Shown here one piece after another: positions 1-11,521 of a DNA stretch of 64,000 nt. A model generated the notes under the pieces. The model was not told where the DNA came from. It worked only from the letters and a program-made list of their open reading frames with translations, and ran no database searches. The position numbers and the translations under genes were made by a program. The stretch is from NCBI GenBank assembly GCA_028534125.1, contig CM052817.1, forward strand, positions 26,600,001 to 26,664,000, in the 5' to 3' direction. This DNA is from Lama glama. Its lineage: Eukaryota. Positions within the stretch are counted from its first letter, which is position 1. Each line of letters opens with the position of its first letter.

Positions 1-980
1 GGGCATTTGGGAGGTGCTCAGTCTGGCTAGGGGGACAAACATGTAAACAAACAACTGGATCCACATGATAATAGAAGCACTTATGAGAAACCTCAAGAAC
101 ACAGAGGAGGAGGTACAGAATTCTGCCCGGGGAGGTTGGAAAAATCTCCGTTGATTAGGTGACCCTCAAAGTGAGTCTAGAAAGAGGAGAATTTATTTAC
201 TGGTTGGGTGAGGTGGGATGCGTGTTCCAGGCTGAGGAACAACATGGACAACAAGGAGCATGAAGCAACACGGCAGCAAGGGGACAGAAAGGAGCGCAGG
301 AAATCCACTTGTTAGCGACATGACGGGCGGATGGCCAGAGATGAGTCTGGTGGGGAAGGGAAGACACTGCTGAGAATATGAAGGTCCTCATCTGCTTAGG
401 GCGGGGCTCCATCCTATGGATGACGGGGGAACATGGAAGGATTCAGATGATAAGGGAGTGTAACTCAGTCAGATGTCAGATGTCTATGTGATGACAGTGT
501 GAAGGAGGGACTAGAGGAGGACTAGCCCGAAGTGGAGGGACCAGCTCCGCGGTGGGCCATCAGAGTAGCCCAGGCCATGCTCCCTGTCCTGTGTCAGGAG
601 AGACAAGAGGGGTCACATGACCTTAGCTGATGGGAATGATGAAGCCGGTGACAGATGGGCTGAGGGGGTTTGTAGGGAGAGTCTAGGACAACTCCCATTT
701 TGGGCATGGGGAGAGGGAGACGGTGTCCTCAGCCACCAAAATCAGGAGCACATGGTGAAGGGTGGGGTCGGGGAGAAGGTGAGGTGAGGGGCGGGTGAGT
801 TAAATTTTGGCCTTGTCTAAATCGCACGTGGGACATTGAGGTAGAGCTACCTAGTAAGCGGTTGGTATGTAGAAGTCTGAGCTCCAGGAAAAGGCAGATT
901 TCTGATGGGAGAAGGCCAGATCAGGCTTTTCTCTCTGTACACATTCAATAAACATTGTTTTGAGTAGCTAATTAATGATT
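1..980 (-). mobile_element. L2 LINE remnants
   Basis: Degenerate L2-like motifs, e.g. gtgggacattgaggtagagctacctagtaagcggttgg and cattcaataaacattg. Confidence 0.55.
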
Positions 981-1379
981 ACAGGGCACTGGGAAAACAG
1001 AACGATGTTGCAATGCAAATGCAGATGCTCTTACAGTAATGGACTGATGGTTGCAGAAAAGCTCAGGCGAAATAACACTAATTTTTTCCAGCTATAAATA
1101 GACCTTCTCTGCAGTCGGGGATTTCAGTTACACAGTGAAAAGAAATGCAGCAATGGAAGCAAGGAAGAGGGAACAGAGAGGGCATCTCGTGCCTGCAGAT
1201 ACAAATGTTAGCAAGGCCTGGCTGAGATGGATAAGGCGGAGATCTGATCTGGAGCAGAGGTGCTGAGTCTACTATCCTGAGTTCAAGTACTGATTCCTCA
1301 ACTAATGGGTGTCTGTAACAGATTACCTGACGTGCAGGAATGTTTGCTACCAACCTTTAGAGATCCAGTCACAGTTTTA

Positions 1380-1525
1380 AACTCATTCAATCTTCAGAGC
1401 AACCTCATGGTAGATCCGTTATTAGGCCTCCTTTGGAGATGAGTAAACTGAACACAGGGAGTTTGAGTGACTTACCCAAGGCCACTCAGCTAAAAAGTAG
1501 CAGTTCTCAGATTTGAACCTAGACA
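1380..1525 (-). mobile_element. MIR SINE
   Basis: Reverse of the MIR core: gagatgagtaaactga...gtgacttacccaaggccactcagct...atttgaacctag. Confidence 0.75.
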
Positions 1526-1879
1526 AATGTAAGCAACAATTCACTACTTGTGTTATGCTGCCTTTCCATATGAAAAAGAGGAAATGTCACTCTGTAGGGC
1601 CTTCAATTTCTTATCAGTGCATGGATTTTGTAAAAGGCAAGTGGCATACTTTATATTAAAGCTGAATTTTAGGTGTATATTTTCATTGTGTTCTTCCATG
1701 ACTGGTCTTCAGGGAAGCAGTGTTCATTGATTTGTCCCAAATCTTCTTTTCGGGGAGAGCTCTGGGAGTTCCTGTAATCGTGTGACTTTGTGTTTGCAGA
1801 CCACAGCTGGCTCCCTGAGGAGCGTTACTGTTCAGCGTTAGAGAGCATTGTCTGTTAAATTCAGTGTAACAATAATGAT

Positions 1880-2060
1880 CACGGGCTCATGAGTAAGACA
1901 GACCTTGGTTCTATCCCAGCTCTGCCACTTGGACTTGTTACTTAAAACACTACAAGCCTCCTTCCTCATCTGTTTGTGGGATAATGCTAATAACTTTGTA
2001 GGGCTCTGAGGATTACAGTGGTGTGGAGTTCATGGTGAGGGTAAGAGTCATTAAGTGCAC
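1880..2060 (+). mobile_element. MIR SINE
   Basis: ttggttctatcccagctctgccact...cctcatctgtttgtgggataatg. Confidence 0.65.
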
Positions 2061-2954
2061 CCAGACACAAACAGACACGTGAAATGGGGGCAGTGCTTTC
2101 TAGGAAAGAGGCTTTGCAGAAGTCTTGCTTGGCAGGGAACTCGAAGTGTCTGATACAGTCAAAGAGTGTCGTAAATATATTATGCAATTAGCATTCTTCT
2201 AAATCATCAAAAATCAGTATTTCCCTCTCTGTAGGACATATATAACTAATAAAGCAAAACTTACGATTTTAAGGAAATAATTGTCCCCAAACATTTAAGC
2301 ATTGACTGCAAGCCCAAATTGAGTTCTTCTAACCACTTAATTAAGATCACAACGTGAACTCATCGGATTTTCATAAATGCATCTAACGCCTTGAAAACTT
2401 ACAAAACACACACTAATTATTGCAATGGTTACAGAAATTATTGTGTAAAATTTATTTTTAAATTGTTACTATCATGGGTTTAAGGCTGTTTGTTCATAAT
2501 CTCCATTGTCCGCCATATTTTAATTCTTATTTTTTTAATTTATACCTTCCTGGAATTTCTATTTCTGTATCAATTTATGGTTGCAATAATCATTCACATC
2601 ACCCCCCCCAAACCAAAAAAAATTCATACGAGCCAAATTGGCAGATCATGAATTATCAGATGATTGATTCTTGGTCAGGAAACTGGACCTAGCAATTATG
2701 CAAAATTAGTCTTTAGGTTGAGCCTTTTTAAAAACAATCAAGGCTCATTTCTGATGTCATAGAACTTTTAAGTTACTTTTAAGTTCAAATAGACTTTGAG
2801 TTTTGTAAACCAGAAGCATGTATTCTTTAACATTTTCACAATTTGTATTTCCCATCCCACAGTTCAGCCATTATAATAGATTGATCTGGTCTGCTGTTGT
2901 AACTGGCAACTTAGATATGCTTTTTTAATGCCTCATTATAATAGCATCATCTAG

Positions 2955-3510
2955 AGCCTTGTTACTCAAAATGGGATTCATGGACCAGCAGCATCAGCAA
3001 TATACGGACGAAGAATCTCACTTCAGACCAGCAGGCTCAGAACCTGCATTTTAACAAAACATCTGTGCTGTCAGGCCACTCAAGGTGGCTGATTCCCGGC
3101 TCAACCGTACCCTGCTCACAGGACTGGCCTTCCTAGATGCTCGCCCCTGCCCCAGCTACTGATTGTTCTCATCAAGTGGCGGTGAGGGGCGTGCCCCTCT
3201 GCTGGTTTCCCTGGTAACCAATGAGCCAACCTGACATCAATTCCCTCTATAACTGTTAACCTCCTCCTGCACCCTGGGAGTGAAGCTGGCCGCCATGTCC
3301 TGCTGGACTCAGTGGGGAGTCGCTCTAAGACCTGGCTTCAGACATGTAAGCCCCCCTATCCGTTAAACCCCTGATGTCTCTGTCACTGACTCTGGGCTCT
3401 TTCTTTGGTCTTGAAGCTGGGCCAGTACAGGCTTTGTAGGCCTGTGAGGTGCAGCCCAGCCACGTCCGTCTACCCTGTGATTTGACTGCACTTTAAAGTT
3501 GAGAAGCTCT
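2955..3510. mobile_element. MER5-type hAT MITE split by an LTR insertion
   Basis: Left half gttactcaaaatg...aacctgcattttaacaa; right half gtgatttgactgcactttaaagttgagaagc. Confidence 0.6.
3064..3462 (+). mobile_element. Solo LTR, ERVL class (MER74/MER73-like)
   Basis: TG...CA ends, ~400 bp, CCAAT box, terminal ggtgcagcccagcca; flanks catc/cgtc fit a short TSD with CpG decay; interrupts the MER5 element. Confidence 0.65.
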
Positions 3511-4953
3511 AATATGAAGAGTTCATCTCCCTGGAGATGAGGCACCAAGTCTGCGGTCAGCCCTCCGCTTCAGGTCATGCAGTTCATTTACCCTCTTGAA
3601 ATCCACTATTGTTCCCCCTCTTTTCTTATAGTTTGAGACTTTAACTGCTAAGATGTTCTGCTACATTGATCAAGAGAAGAGGGCCTGGGGCTGAATCTGA
3701 AGAATCCAATATTGAAGGAGCAAGTAGATGAGGACAAGTTGCCCAGAAATCTAGGGGGGAAAACAAGAGTTTGACTGTCATGGAAACCCAGAGCAAAGAC
3801 CTTCCAAAGACATAATATTTGTCAGGTTCTCTTATCACACTGACAAGCACGTAGCAAGCACTCCATAAACACTGGCCATTGTTCCTGTTGTGTTTATTAT
3901 TCGTGGTAATTAAATGAAGAACAGATGCCTGCCGCCCAAGAAGTGTCGTCACAGAGGTTTCCCATAAGGGTCATTTTCCTGGACCTTTTGAGAAAGGTGC
4001 TATGGTCCCTCTAGGGTGTTGAATGGAGGTGGGCTGATTTGCAGAATAAAGTCAAAAAACATTAAGGTCAGAGGAAACAGTCTGTTCACCAGAGTGATTA
4101 CATTCCGGTTCTGAGGTTCGGTGGAGTGGTTGAAGGGAGAGGATGATAACACGCCTAAGTAAACTGATTTTTAAAGAATGGCAAAACTCTTTCACTGCTT
4201 TGCTTTCTGGCCTTGACCATAGCACTTCCTGCATTTTTAAAAACATAAGCAAATAATTTGAATACTGTTTTCAAAATTCTCTGCCCAAAAGGAGTGAGAG
4301 ATCTAGTCCTACAAATCCGGTGAAGAGTTAGTTCTTCTAAGACCTTCCTGGAATATTTTGTTTTGGTCTTGCAAAACTGTGCTGTGTTAGAAAGTGATCT
4401 GGCTAAGGAATGAGCAAAGAATAACGCAGGAACATTCTAGCAAGTGTATTGATTAGGAGACACTAATAATCTACTGCACAGCTTAAACCTGTTAGTAGTT
4501 TGTATTATCATAAGCATTTAGCTTATTTCTAGCTATTAGCCAGAAATCCTGCAGAAATGGATGGATCTCTGTAGATTTGGTAAGTGACGCTGTCAACATT
4601 TCAAGCTGTTTTTTGTGCCATCTCTTTAGAGCTGGTTAAAAACCACAGATTTCACTTATGACGTTATCTTCCAACGCCCTGTGCAGGGACCTGCAGGGAG
4701 TTTACAGAGACACCTGGTGGCTGGTAAGGTGAAGTACCGGCTTTGTTAGAAAATAAAGGATTTGAATTGTGTCAGAAAGGTTTATTTTTGTGAATTTCGT
4801 TCTTTATTCCAATTCTTTTAGTAGGATTGCAGTTATGCATTAAAAAAAGACTTCGATACTTTCAGATTATTTTTATAGCTTCCAGCCTTTCTTTCTTAAA
4901 GAAACCATCAACCAGGTGAACTGACCAGCACCATCAGCTGGGCTAAATGTACC

Positions 4954-5165
4954 CAAGGCCAGGACTAGGCCGAGGCAAACGCAAATGAATGGAGATGCGA
5001 AAAACGTCAGTGATAAACATAGGTAACATTTTAATGCAGTAATTTAAACAGCCAAAATAGTGCAAAAAAATCATTATAAACAAAAATATCAAAGTCATAA
5101 ATATAGGGGCAATATTATCCATTTCCCATTTTTATCTTAGGCCCCCATGTGGCTCCAAAAGGCAC
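4954..5165 (-). mobile_element. MER96B-like hAT DNA transposon
   Basis: caaggccaggactaggccgaggc...cattttaatgcagtaattt...caaaaatatcaaag matches the recalled MER96B reverse complement. Confidence 0.6.
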
Positions 5166-5399
5166 GGAAAAAACTCATGAATTTGACGGCCTAGCCACTG
5201 ACGGGGTTCACGCATGCTCAGTGAATGCAGGCCGCCCCCTCCCCACCCATGGTTTCCCTGTCCTTCCTCTCTCTCCCCATCTCCTCTCTTTCTGGTCAAG
5301 TGTAAGGAGCCTCGATTAAGGGCAATGGTAGGGAAGAAAAATATAGAGAGAACAGAAAATTTTAAAGTGGACCTGGGGAAAAACTTGGGGATGGACTTT

Positions 5400-5860
5400 T
5401 CTTCTGTTGTTTGCCTTCTCCTGTTTGCCCTTTCCGCACGCTCCTTCCTCCGCCTTCTTCCCAAGCCCGCTTCTCGGAAGCTGGGCCTGAAGCGCTCGTT
5501 CACACCTGGCTGCGCTCTGCTGAGGGGGCCTGAGCCCGTGAGACTGGACACTGAGGGCGGTGGGGATGGGAGGCGGAGGAGGGCGTTGCTCCTGCGAAAA
5601 AGCCCCTTCTCGCTTCTCTCCCGATTTAATACGTCCCCCTAGTCCCCGTTTACCAGGAAAAGGGCAGGGCCTGGGGGTGGGAGAGGTGAGGATCTGGGAC
5701 CGCGGGTCGTGCTGCTTCGCGGTGGCGCGGGTCTGTGGGAGTGTACCCCAAATGGCCTGGAAGGGTCGGAGTTTGGCCCGGCGTTCCTGCATTCCCCTCG
5801 GTGGGGATTAGGGATCTGAAAGTAGCGTGCTACCGTCCACGAGGGGCAAGGGTCCCATTC
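5400..5860. promoter_or_regulatory. CpG-island-like segment
   Basis: About 31 CpGs counted by eye in ~450 bp, GC-rich, with GC-box-like motifs (GGGCGG, AGGCGG), in an otherwise CpG-poor window. Confidence 0.6.
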
Positions 5861-6444
5861 AGCCTCCTCCCTGCTTGTCCTTCACCTAACTGCGTCATCA
5901 TCAGAGAGAACGTGACTGCAAACAGCAGGAAAATATTGTGCAATAGGAACCACACAAGCTGCGAAAAGAGGAAGTAAAGCCAGCGTTGAGAACATACTGG
6001 AGTGAAAAAGGATCAGAAACTCGAGAACAAAGAAAAATTTCCGAAAAGGCCCAAGAAGCAAGTGGCTTAGCGAAGAGGCCAAAAGGGTCTCATGGATGGG
6101 GCTCCTCAGCACATGGTGAGGACGGACCCCAGAAATAAGAGGCGGCCAGGAGGCTATGACTTTCAAATATATCCCCTAGGGGATCTCAGGGAGAAGAGGG
6201 TGCGACCTCTGACAAAGCGCAGACACCAGAGCCTGCCAGTCCCCGGACAGTTACCTGGACACATCGGATACCCTGGATTGTGTGTCAGCTCTTCTCCTGA
6301 CCCAGAAAACTGTACATCCCTTATCACCTGCTCAGGGCTCTTCATGGACTCAGCTCCTCTGTTGGCAACATAAAGGGGTCTCTTTTTATCAGTGGAGGTT
6401 TTGCTGACTGCTGGAGCCCATGTGGTTCAGCAGGGGAATCATAT

Positions 6445-6670
6445 TAGCATTTATGGAGAGCCTGCTGTATGCCAAGCATGTGTTTGGCACTTTATGTTTT
6501 CTCTTTGATCCTCACAATAACCCTTTTAAATGAATATTCTAATTATCATTTTTACAAATGAGAAAGCTGAGACACAAAGAAATTATGTGACTTGCTTAAG
6601 CTCACATAATGAGTAAGTGGTGGTCCCAGGATTTGGACCCAGGCCCAGGACTCCTCCTGTGTCTTTATAT
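6445..6670 (-). mobile_element. MIR SINE
   Basis: catttttacaaatgagaaagctgagacac...gtgacttgcttaagctcaca...ggatttggacccagg. Confidence 0.75.
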
Positions 6671-7009
6671 TCTTTCTGTTGCATCAGGTCAGCAGAGACA
6701 CGAGGAGGACACCACCCTGCCCTCCTCCTGGTAGCTGTTCCCTTTGATCTAGAACTACGTACAAGGCACGGGCTGCATATCAAAGAGGTGGAAGTCATGA
6801 TCCATATTCTTAAGGAGCTTTCTTTGATACGGGTTAAAATGTAATACGACAGCAGACTAGCATTGTAAGGCTGTACACAACACCCCAGCCATGCGTGCTG
6901 AAATGATTCTAGTCAGCTTATGAATCGTAGGAAATATATCTACCCTCCTTTGTCTGAAAGCTGGCTTTCCCCCCGCTGTCTAATTCCTTAGATTTCTTTT
7001 CTCATTCTG

Positions 7010-8185
7010 GGTGTTATTCATTTATTCAGCCAATAAATATCTTCTCTGTGTCTAAGGCGTACAGCCCAGAACAAAGCCAAGTCTCAACTCTCAGGGAACT
7101 TAATTTCTAGTAGGGAGGCAGACAGTAAACAAGCACGAGGGCACACGCACATGGTCCTCAGTGGGACGAGACAGTAAAGCAGGCAAGACGGACAGATTGG
7201 GGTGGAGTGGTGGAGTTGCTGTGTGCAGGGTTGTCTTGGAAGGAACTTCTGATAAGGTAGCATTTGAACTGAGCCAAGAAGGAGGAGGGAGAGGGCACTG
7301 GGAGGACATGGTCAAGGGCACTGTAAGGAAGGGGAACAGATGGAGCAAAGGCCCTGAGCAGGAGCGGCGTCAGGTTTGTGGAACAGCAAAGAAGCCAGCC
7401 TGCTGGGGTGCAGTAAGCGAGGGGAGAGTGTTAGAGATGGAATCGCAGGGGCCTTGGAGCTGCTGCTGAGGATTTGGGCTTTTACTCTGAGCAAAATGAG
7501 GTCCACTGGGGAGGGCTGAGCAGAGGGGTGACATGGTCAGATGTATGCTTTAAAATGATCACCTGGCTCCTACATGGAGAATGGGATATGAGGCAGTGTT
7601 TGCTGCTAGGAGGCAAGCCCGCTGGTGCTGTTGGGAGTCGGCAGTGGTCTGAACCAGGGTGACGGTGGTGAAGGGCATGGGAGGTGGTTGGATGCCAAGT
7701 GTGTTTGGAAGGCGGAGAAGCCAGGATTTGTTGACAGGTTGGATGTGGGGCGTTATGCGCTGACTTGTGTTCCCCCACCCCTACGCCGCCGGATTCCCAT
7801 GTTGAAATCCCAACCCCTGGTACCTCAGACTGTGACTGTATTTGGAGATAAGTTCTTTAAAGACATAGTTAAGTGAGTTTATGGAGTGGATTCTAATCCA
7901 ATATGACTGGTATCCTCAAAGAAGAGGAAATTAGGACACAGATACACCCAGGTGAAGACTCAGAGAGACGACAGCTGCCTATAAGCCAAGGAGAGAGGCC
8001 TCAGAAAAAAACAACCTTGTCTACCACCTCGATCTCGGACTTCTGGCCTCCAGAACTGTGAGAAGGTGAATTTCTGTTGTTGAAGCCACCAGTCTGTGGT
8101 ATTTTGTGGTGGTGGACCCACACTCTAAGATGTCAGGCGTGAGAGAGAGAGGAGTCAGAGAGGATGCCCAGGGATGTGGCCTGTT
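7010..8185 (-). mobile_element. L2 fragment interrupted by MLT1 LTR
   Basis: Reverse L2 3' end (ttattcatttattcagccaataaatat) and L2 body motifs; resumes after 8131 (gagagaggagtcagagaggatgccc). Confidence 0.65.
7751..8131 (+). mobile_element. MaLR solo LTR (MLT1A/B-like)
   Basis: gttgaaatcccaacccc...gtgactgtatttggagata...gacttctggcctccagaactgtgaga...gtctgtggtattttg. Confidence 0.8.
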
Positions 8186-9132
8186 TTAAGTCATGGTTAG
8201 AAAAGTTCTGGAGTTGGGCGTTTTCATTGCCATGTTCAGAAGTACCAAGAGAGGTTGTCCTACTGGGTTTTGCTACAAAGAGTTTTCCAGTCCAATGCAC
8301 ACCTCTAACATTGCCAGAAGACCGCAGGGAAAGAGTGAGACACAAGAATCGGCCTCACACCAGCGTGTACACTTTGGGGTTCCAGCCCCATATGGAGATA
8401 TGTAGCTCCTTTCCTGTTTTCCAGGAAGTCCTCCTTCCTTCCCTTCCAGAATTCCTTTTGGTCTAATTTTGCCTGCATTTCTCCTAGCCAGATGGATTTG
8501 GGTACAATTGAGGGATAGGGGTCATTGTCCTAGAAACAGACCAGTGCTCTGGGTCTCCACCTAGTGAAATTGCTGGAGTCCTGCCTCCAGGGTCTCTCTG
8601 TCTCATTGCTGGGGACCCAAGAAAGACTCATATGAGTGAGTGAACATGCCCTGCTGTTCACTGCTCTCAGCCCCTGGCCTGGCTGTCACCATGGTTTCTA
8701 TCCTCACTAAGTATGTCACCCCTATCTGGGAGTTGTGGTTCCCCTGCCCAGGACATTCTAATGGTCATCCTATGGAAGTGAGCAGGCCTGTCCAGCCTCC
8801 AGACATCAACAGGGCTGCCGTGGACTCTCCAGTTCCCATGTGCTTCCGGCTCTTCAGTGGAAAGGCTCCTTTTATGCATGAAAGCTCCTTCTCTCTAGGA
8901 ATCTGGTCCAGGGCCCCTGGGAGCCTGCACTGGGAGACACTGGAATTTCACTGAACTGGCTGAGCTTCACTCGGTGTCAGCCCAGCCTCACTACACATCT
9001 GCCCACATCAAGCTTGTGCATCGTGGCTCTCTTTTCCCTTCTGGCTGTGCTCTGTCTTCATCGGGGACACTGACTACTGTTGCAGTTCGCTTGAGCCTGG
9101 TTAAGTGGATTTAAGGGTTTGATGACCTAGAT

Positions 9133-9331
9133 CAAGGGTCAGCAAACTGTGACCAGCCTCTTATTTTTTTAAAGTTTTATTGGCACACAGCCATGCCCAT
9201 TCATTCACATAGTGTTTGGCTGCTTTCACAGCATAACAGCAGGATAGAGTAGTTACTACAGAGACCATATGCCTGCAAAGCTGAAAATATTTACTGTCTG
9301 GCCCTTCACCTGAAGAATTTGCCAACCTCTG
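9133..9331 (+). mobile_element. MER58A-like hAT MITE
   Basis: TIRs caagggtcagcaaact / aatttgccaacctctg; partial 8-bp TSD acctagat/tgatagat. Confidence 0.8.
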
Positions 9332-9741
9332 TGATAGATTTAGATCAGCTAACTCTCACAAAGTGGAGAAGAGGATCGAAAAGATGGCTATAAAAATAAG
9401 AAGGTAAGTAAATCCACAGTGGATTGACAATATTAATATTGCAGTGAAAGAAGACAACAAGAAGATGGCAGGACTGATATTCTCCCACCCATAGTACAAA
9501 TTGCTTGTCAGATGGAATAATTATTCTCTAAACAGTTCTGTCAAGAAGTTGGTGGAGAGAGACAGAAAGAGAGAGAAGGGAAGGAGGCAGGGAAGAGGAG
9601 AGAGAAATGGATAGGTAGGCAGGTAGATAGGTGAATTATGGCTACAGGTTACATACTCAATTTAAAAAGTGCTGAGTTGCCTGTTTCCCCCTTTAATTAT
9701 CCTTATTTTGCACTTTTTATGATCAAACACTGTTCCTAGGA

Positions 9742-10399
9742 TGTTACTGAACCAAAGAACCAAATCTGAGTTGTTTTCAGTCAACAAGAAGCAAAGCCAA
9801 TCTACTGACACCAGGTTGTGCAAAGAAAACTACAGCGTTGATTGCAAGGTGTCAAACAAGGAGAATGGGCATCTAATGCTCAAAAGACCTAAACTCCCTG
9901 ACGGCTTTCATGGAAGGGAAAGGCAATGTTAGGGGTGAGGGTGGTGGGGTGCCCGATCAGCTCATGGAAAGTCTTCTGATTGGCTGGTGGTGAGGTAACA
10001 GGGTGGTATTTTGGAAGTCAACATCATCAACCTTCTGGTACCAACCAGTCTGGGGTCTAAGTGCTGGTGGTCAGCATTCAGTGAATTTCTTCTGCCTGTG
10101 GGAGGTTTAGTATCTGCAAAACAACTCAATGATATGGCTCAGGATATTATCTACAGCCCTTGTGGAGGAACTAAAGTCTGTTTTATGGCTAAACTATTGT
10201 TATTTTGTCTTGCTTGAGTTCTATCTGTTTTTCCCTCATTTTCTCACTTCTCTGATTAAATTTGCTCTCTGGACTTGTGGGAGGCCAAGGATGCTAAAGC
10301 TTCTCTACAAACAAGAGGTGGGGAATATGAGGTGGGGGACTTGAGGTTGGCGGACGTGTCTGTCTCTGGGAAAGCCCACCAAGGTCCTGCTTGGTTTCA
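9742..10399 (-). mobile_element. ERV1-class solo LTR (658 bp) inserted into a MIR
   Basis: TG...CA ends; 4-bp TSD agga/aggg; the reverse strand starts tgaaaccaagcaggacc, like recalled laurasiatherian ERV1 LTRs; MIR sequence continues on both sides. Confidence 0.75.
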
Positions 10400-10610
10400 A
10401 GGGTTTCACATATGTTAACTCATTTAGTTCTCAAAACAGCCCTAAGATGCAGGTACCGTTGTAATTGTCCCCGTTTTGTAGATGTAGAAATAGAGGCACA
10501 GAGAGGTTAAGTAATCCATCCAAAGTTACACAGCTAGTAAGTGGTGGGCAGGCTTGAATCCAAGCAGTTTGACTCCAGAGTTTATGTTCTTAAACTCTAT
10601 ACTGCTTTTC
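10400..10610 (-). mobile_element. MIR SINE (host of the LTR)
   Basis: ttaactcatttagttctcaaaacagccct...gaggcacagagaggttaagtaatccatccaaagttacacagctagtaagtgg. Confidence 0.8.
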
Positions 10611-11335
10611 TTGGTTATAAAAATAGAAACAAAACAAACCCAAAACTGTTCAGAGAGTGTGGCCTCAGTAGGCCATAGCGCTTTGGGCATGATTTGACAT
10701 CCCAGCTACCAAGTCTTACCCCAAACTCTGGTGCATGGTGAAAGAATCTGGAGACTACTCCTTTAAAAAAGCTTTGAGTTTTTAAACTTTGAGACACATG
10801 CTCAGGATGAATCCATTAGAAAGTAGCAGTGAAATAGTTTCTCAGACCCAGAGGTCCGTCTGGGCATCTTCTGAGTTGGGAGCCACTGGTTAGGTGCCAC
10901 AGCTCTGATCACCCAGGACAGCTCTCCTCTGCTGAAAGCCTGGCCTCCTAGGGGAGGCTGAGGGACTCTGGCTTGGCTCTCAATGGAGAGTTGTCATCCT
11001 GGCCCATCTACCCATCTTGGGCAGACATCAGTTTTTTCATCTGTAAAATGAAGGCGGTCAGCTAGATGGATTCTGTGAGCTTTTTAAGGATTAAAAATAT
11101 TCTGATTCTAAATTTAATGAAATTGAGAAAATATTCATGCCATGTTAATTTGTGGGGGAAAATATCCTTTACAAAATATTATGTTTGACTTTCGCAATTT
11201 TTGTTTTAAAAACATACATGTAACAGAATTTGTCCTCTTCACTCCTTCACCCTCCCTGCTTTTCCCCTGTTCTGCTACTGGGGAGAGGGCCTTTTTGCAA
11301 AAGAATTCACTAGGATTCTCTGTCAGCCAAGCACT

Positions 11336-11427
11336 GGGGTGGGAGGGTATAACTCAGTAGGAGAGCGCATGCTTAGCATGCCCGGGGTCCTAGATTCAAT
11401 CCCCATTACCTTCATTAACAAATAAAA
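11336..11427 (+). mobile_element. tRNA-Ala-derived SINE (camelid vic-1-like)
   Basis: gggagggtataactcagtaggagagcgcatgcttagcatg...ttcaatcccc, with A/B boxes, an AGC anticodon remnant and an A-rich tail. Confidence 0.8.
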
Positions 11428-11440
11428 TTTAGGATGTTTT

Positions 11441-11521
11441 GAGGTGGGGATAAAGCTCAGTGGTAGAGAGCATGTTTGGCATGCAGGAGATCCTGGACTC
11501 AACCCTTAGTGCCTTCGTTAA
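11441..11521 (+). mobile_element. Second, more diverged tRNA-Ala-derived SINE head
   Basis: ggggataaagctcagtggtagagagcatgtttggcatgcaggagatcctggactcaaccc. Confidence 0.7.

Noticed and set aside
5132..5977. Overlapping 80-158 aa ORFs on both strands
   Set aside because: Expected in GC-rich, stop-poor sequence; no recognisable protein or exon structure.
11336..11521. tRNA-Ala genes (also at 49843 and 55273)
   Set aside because: Broken stems, internal deletions, A-rich SINE tails and TSDs show these are tRNA-derived SINEs, not functional tRNAs.
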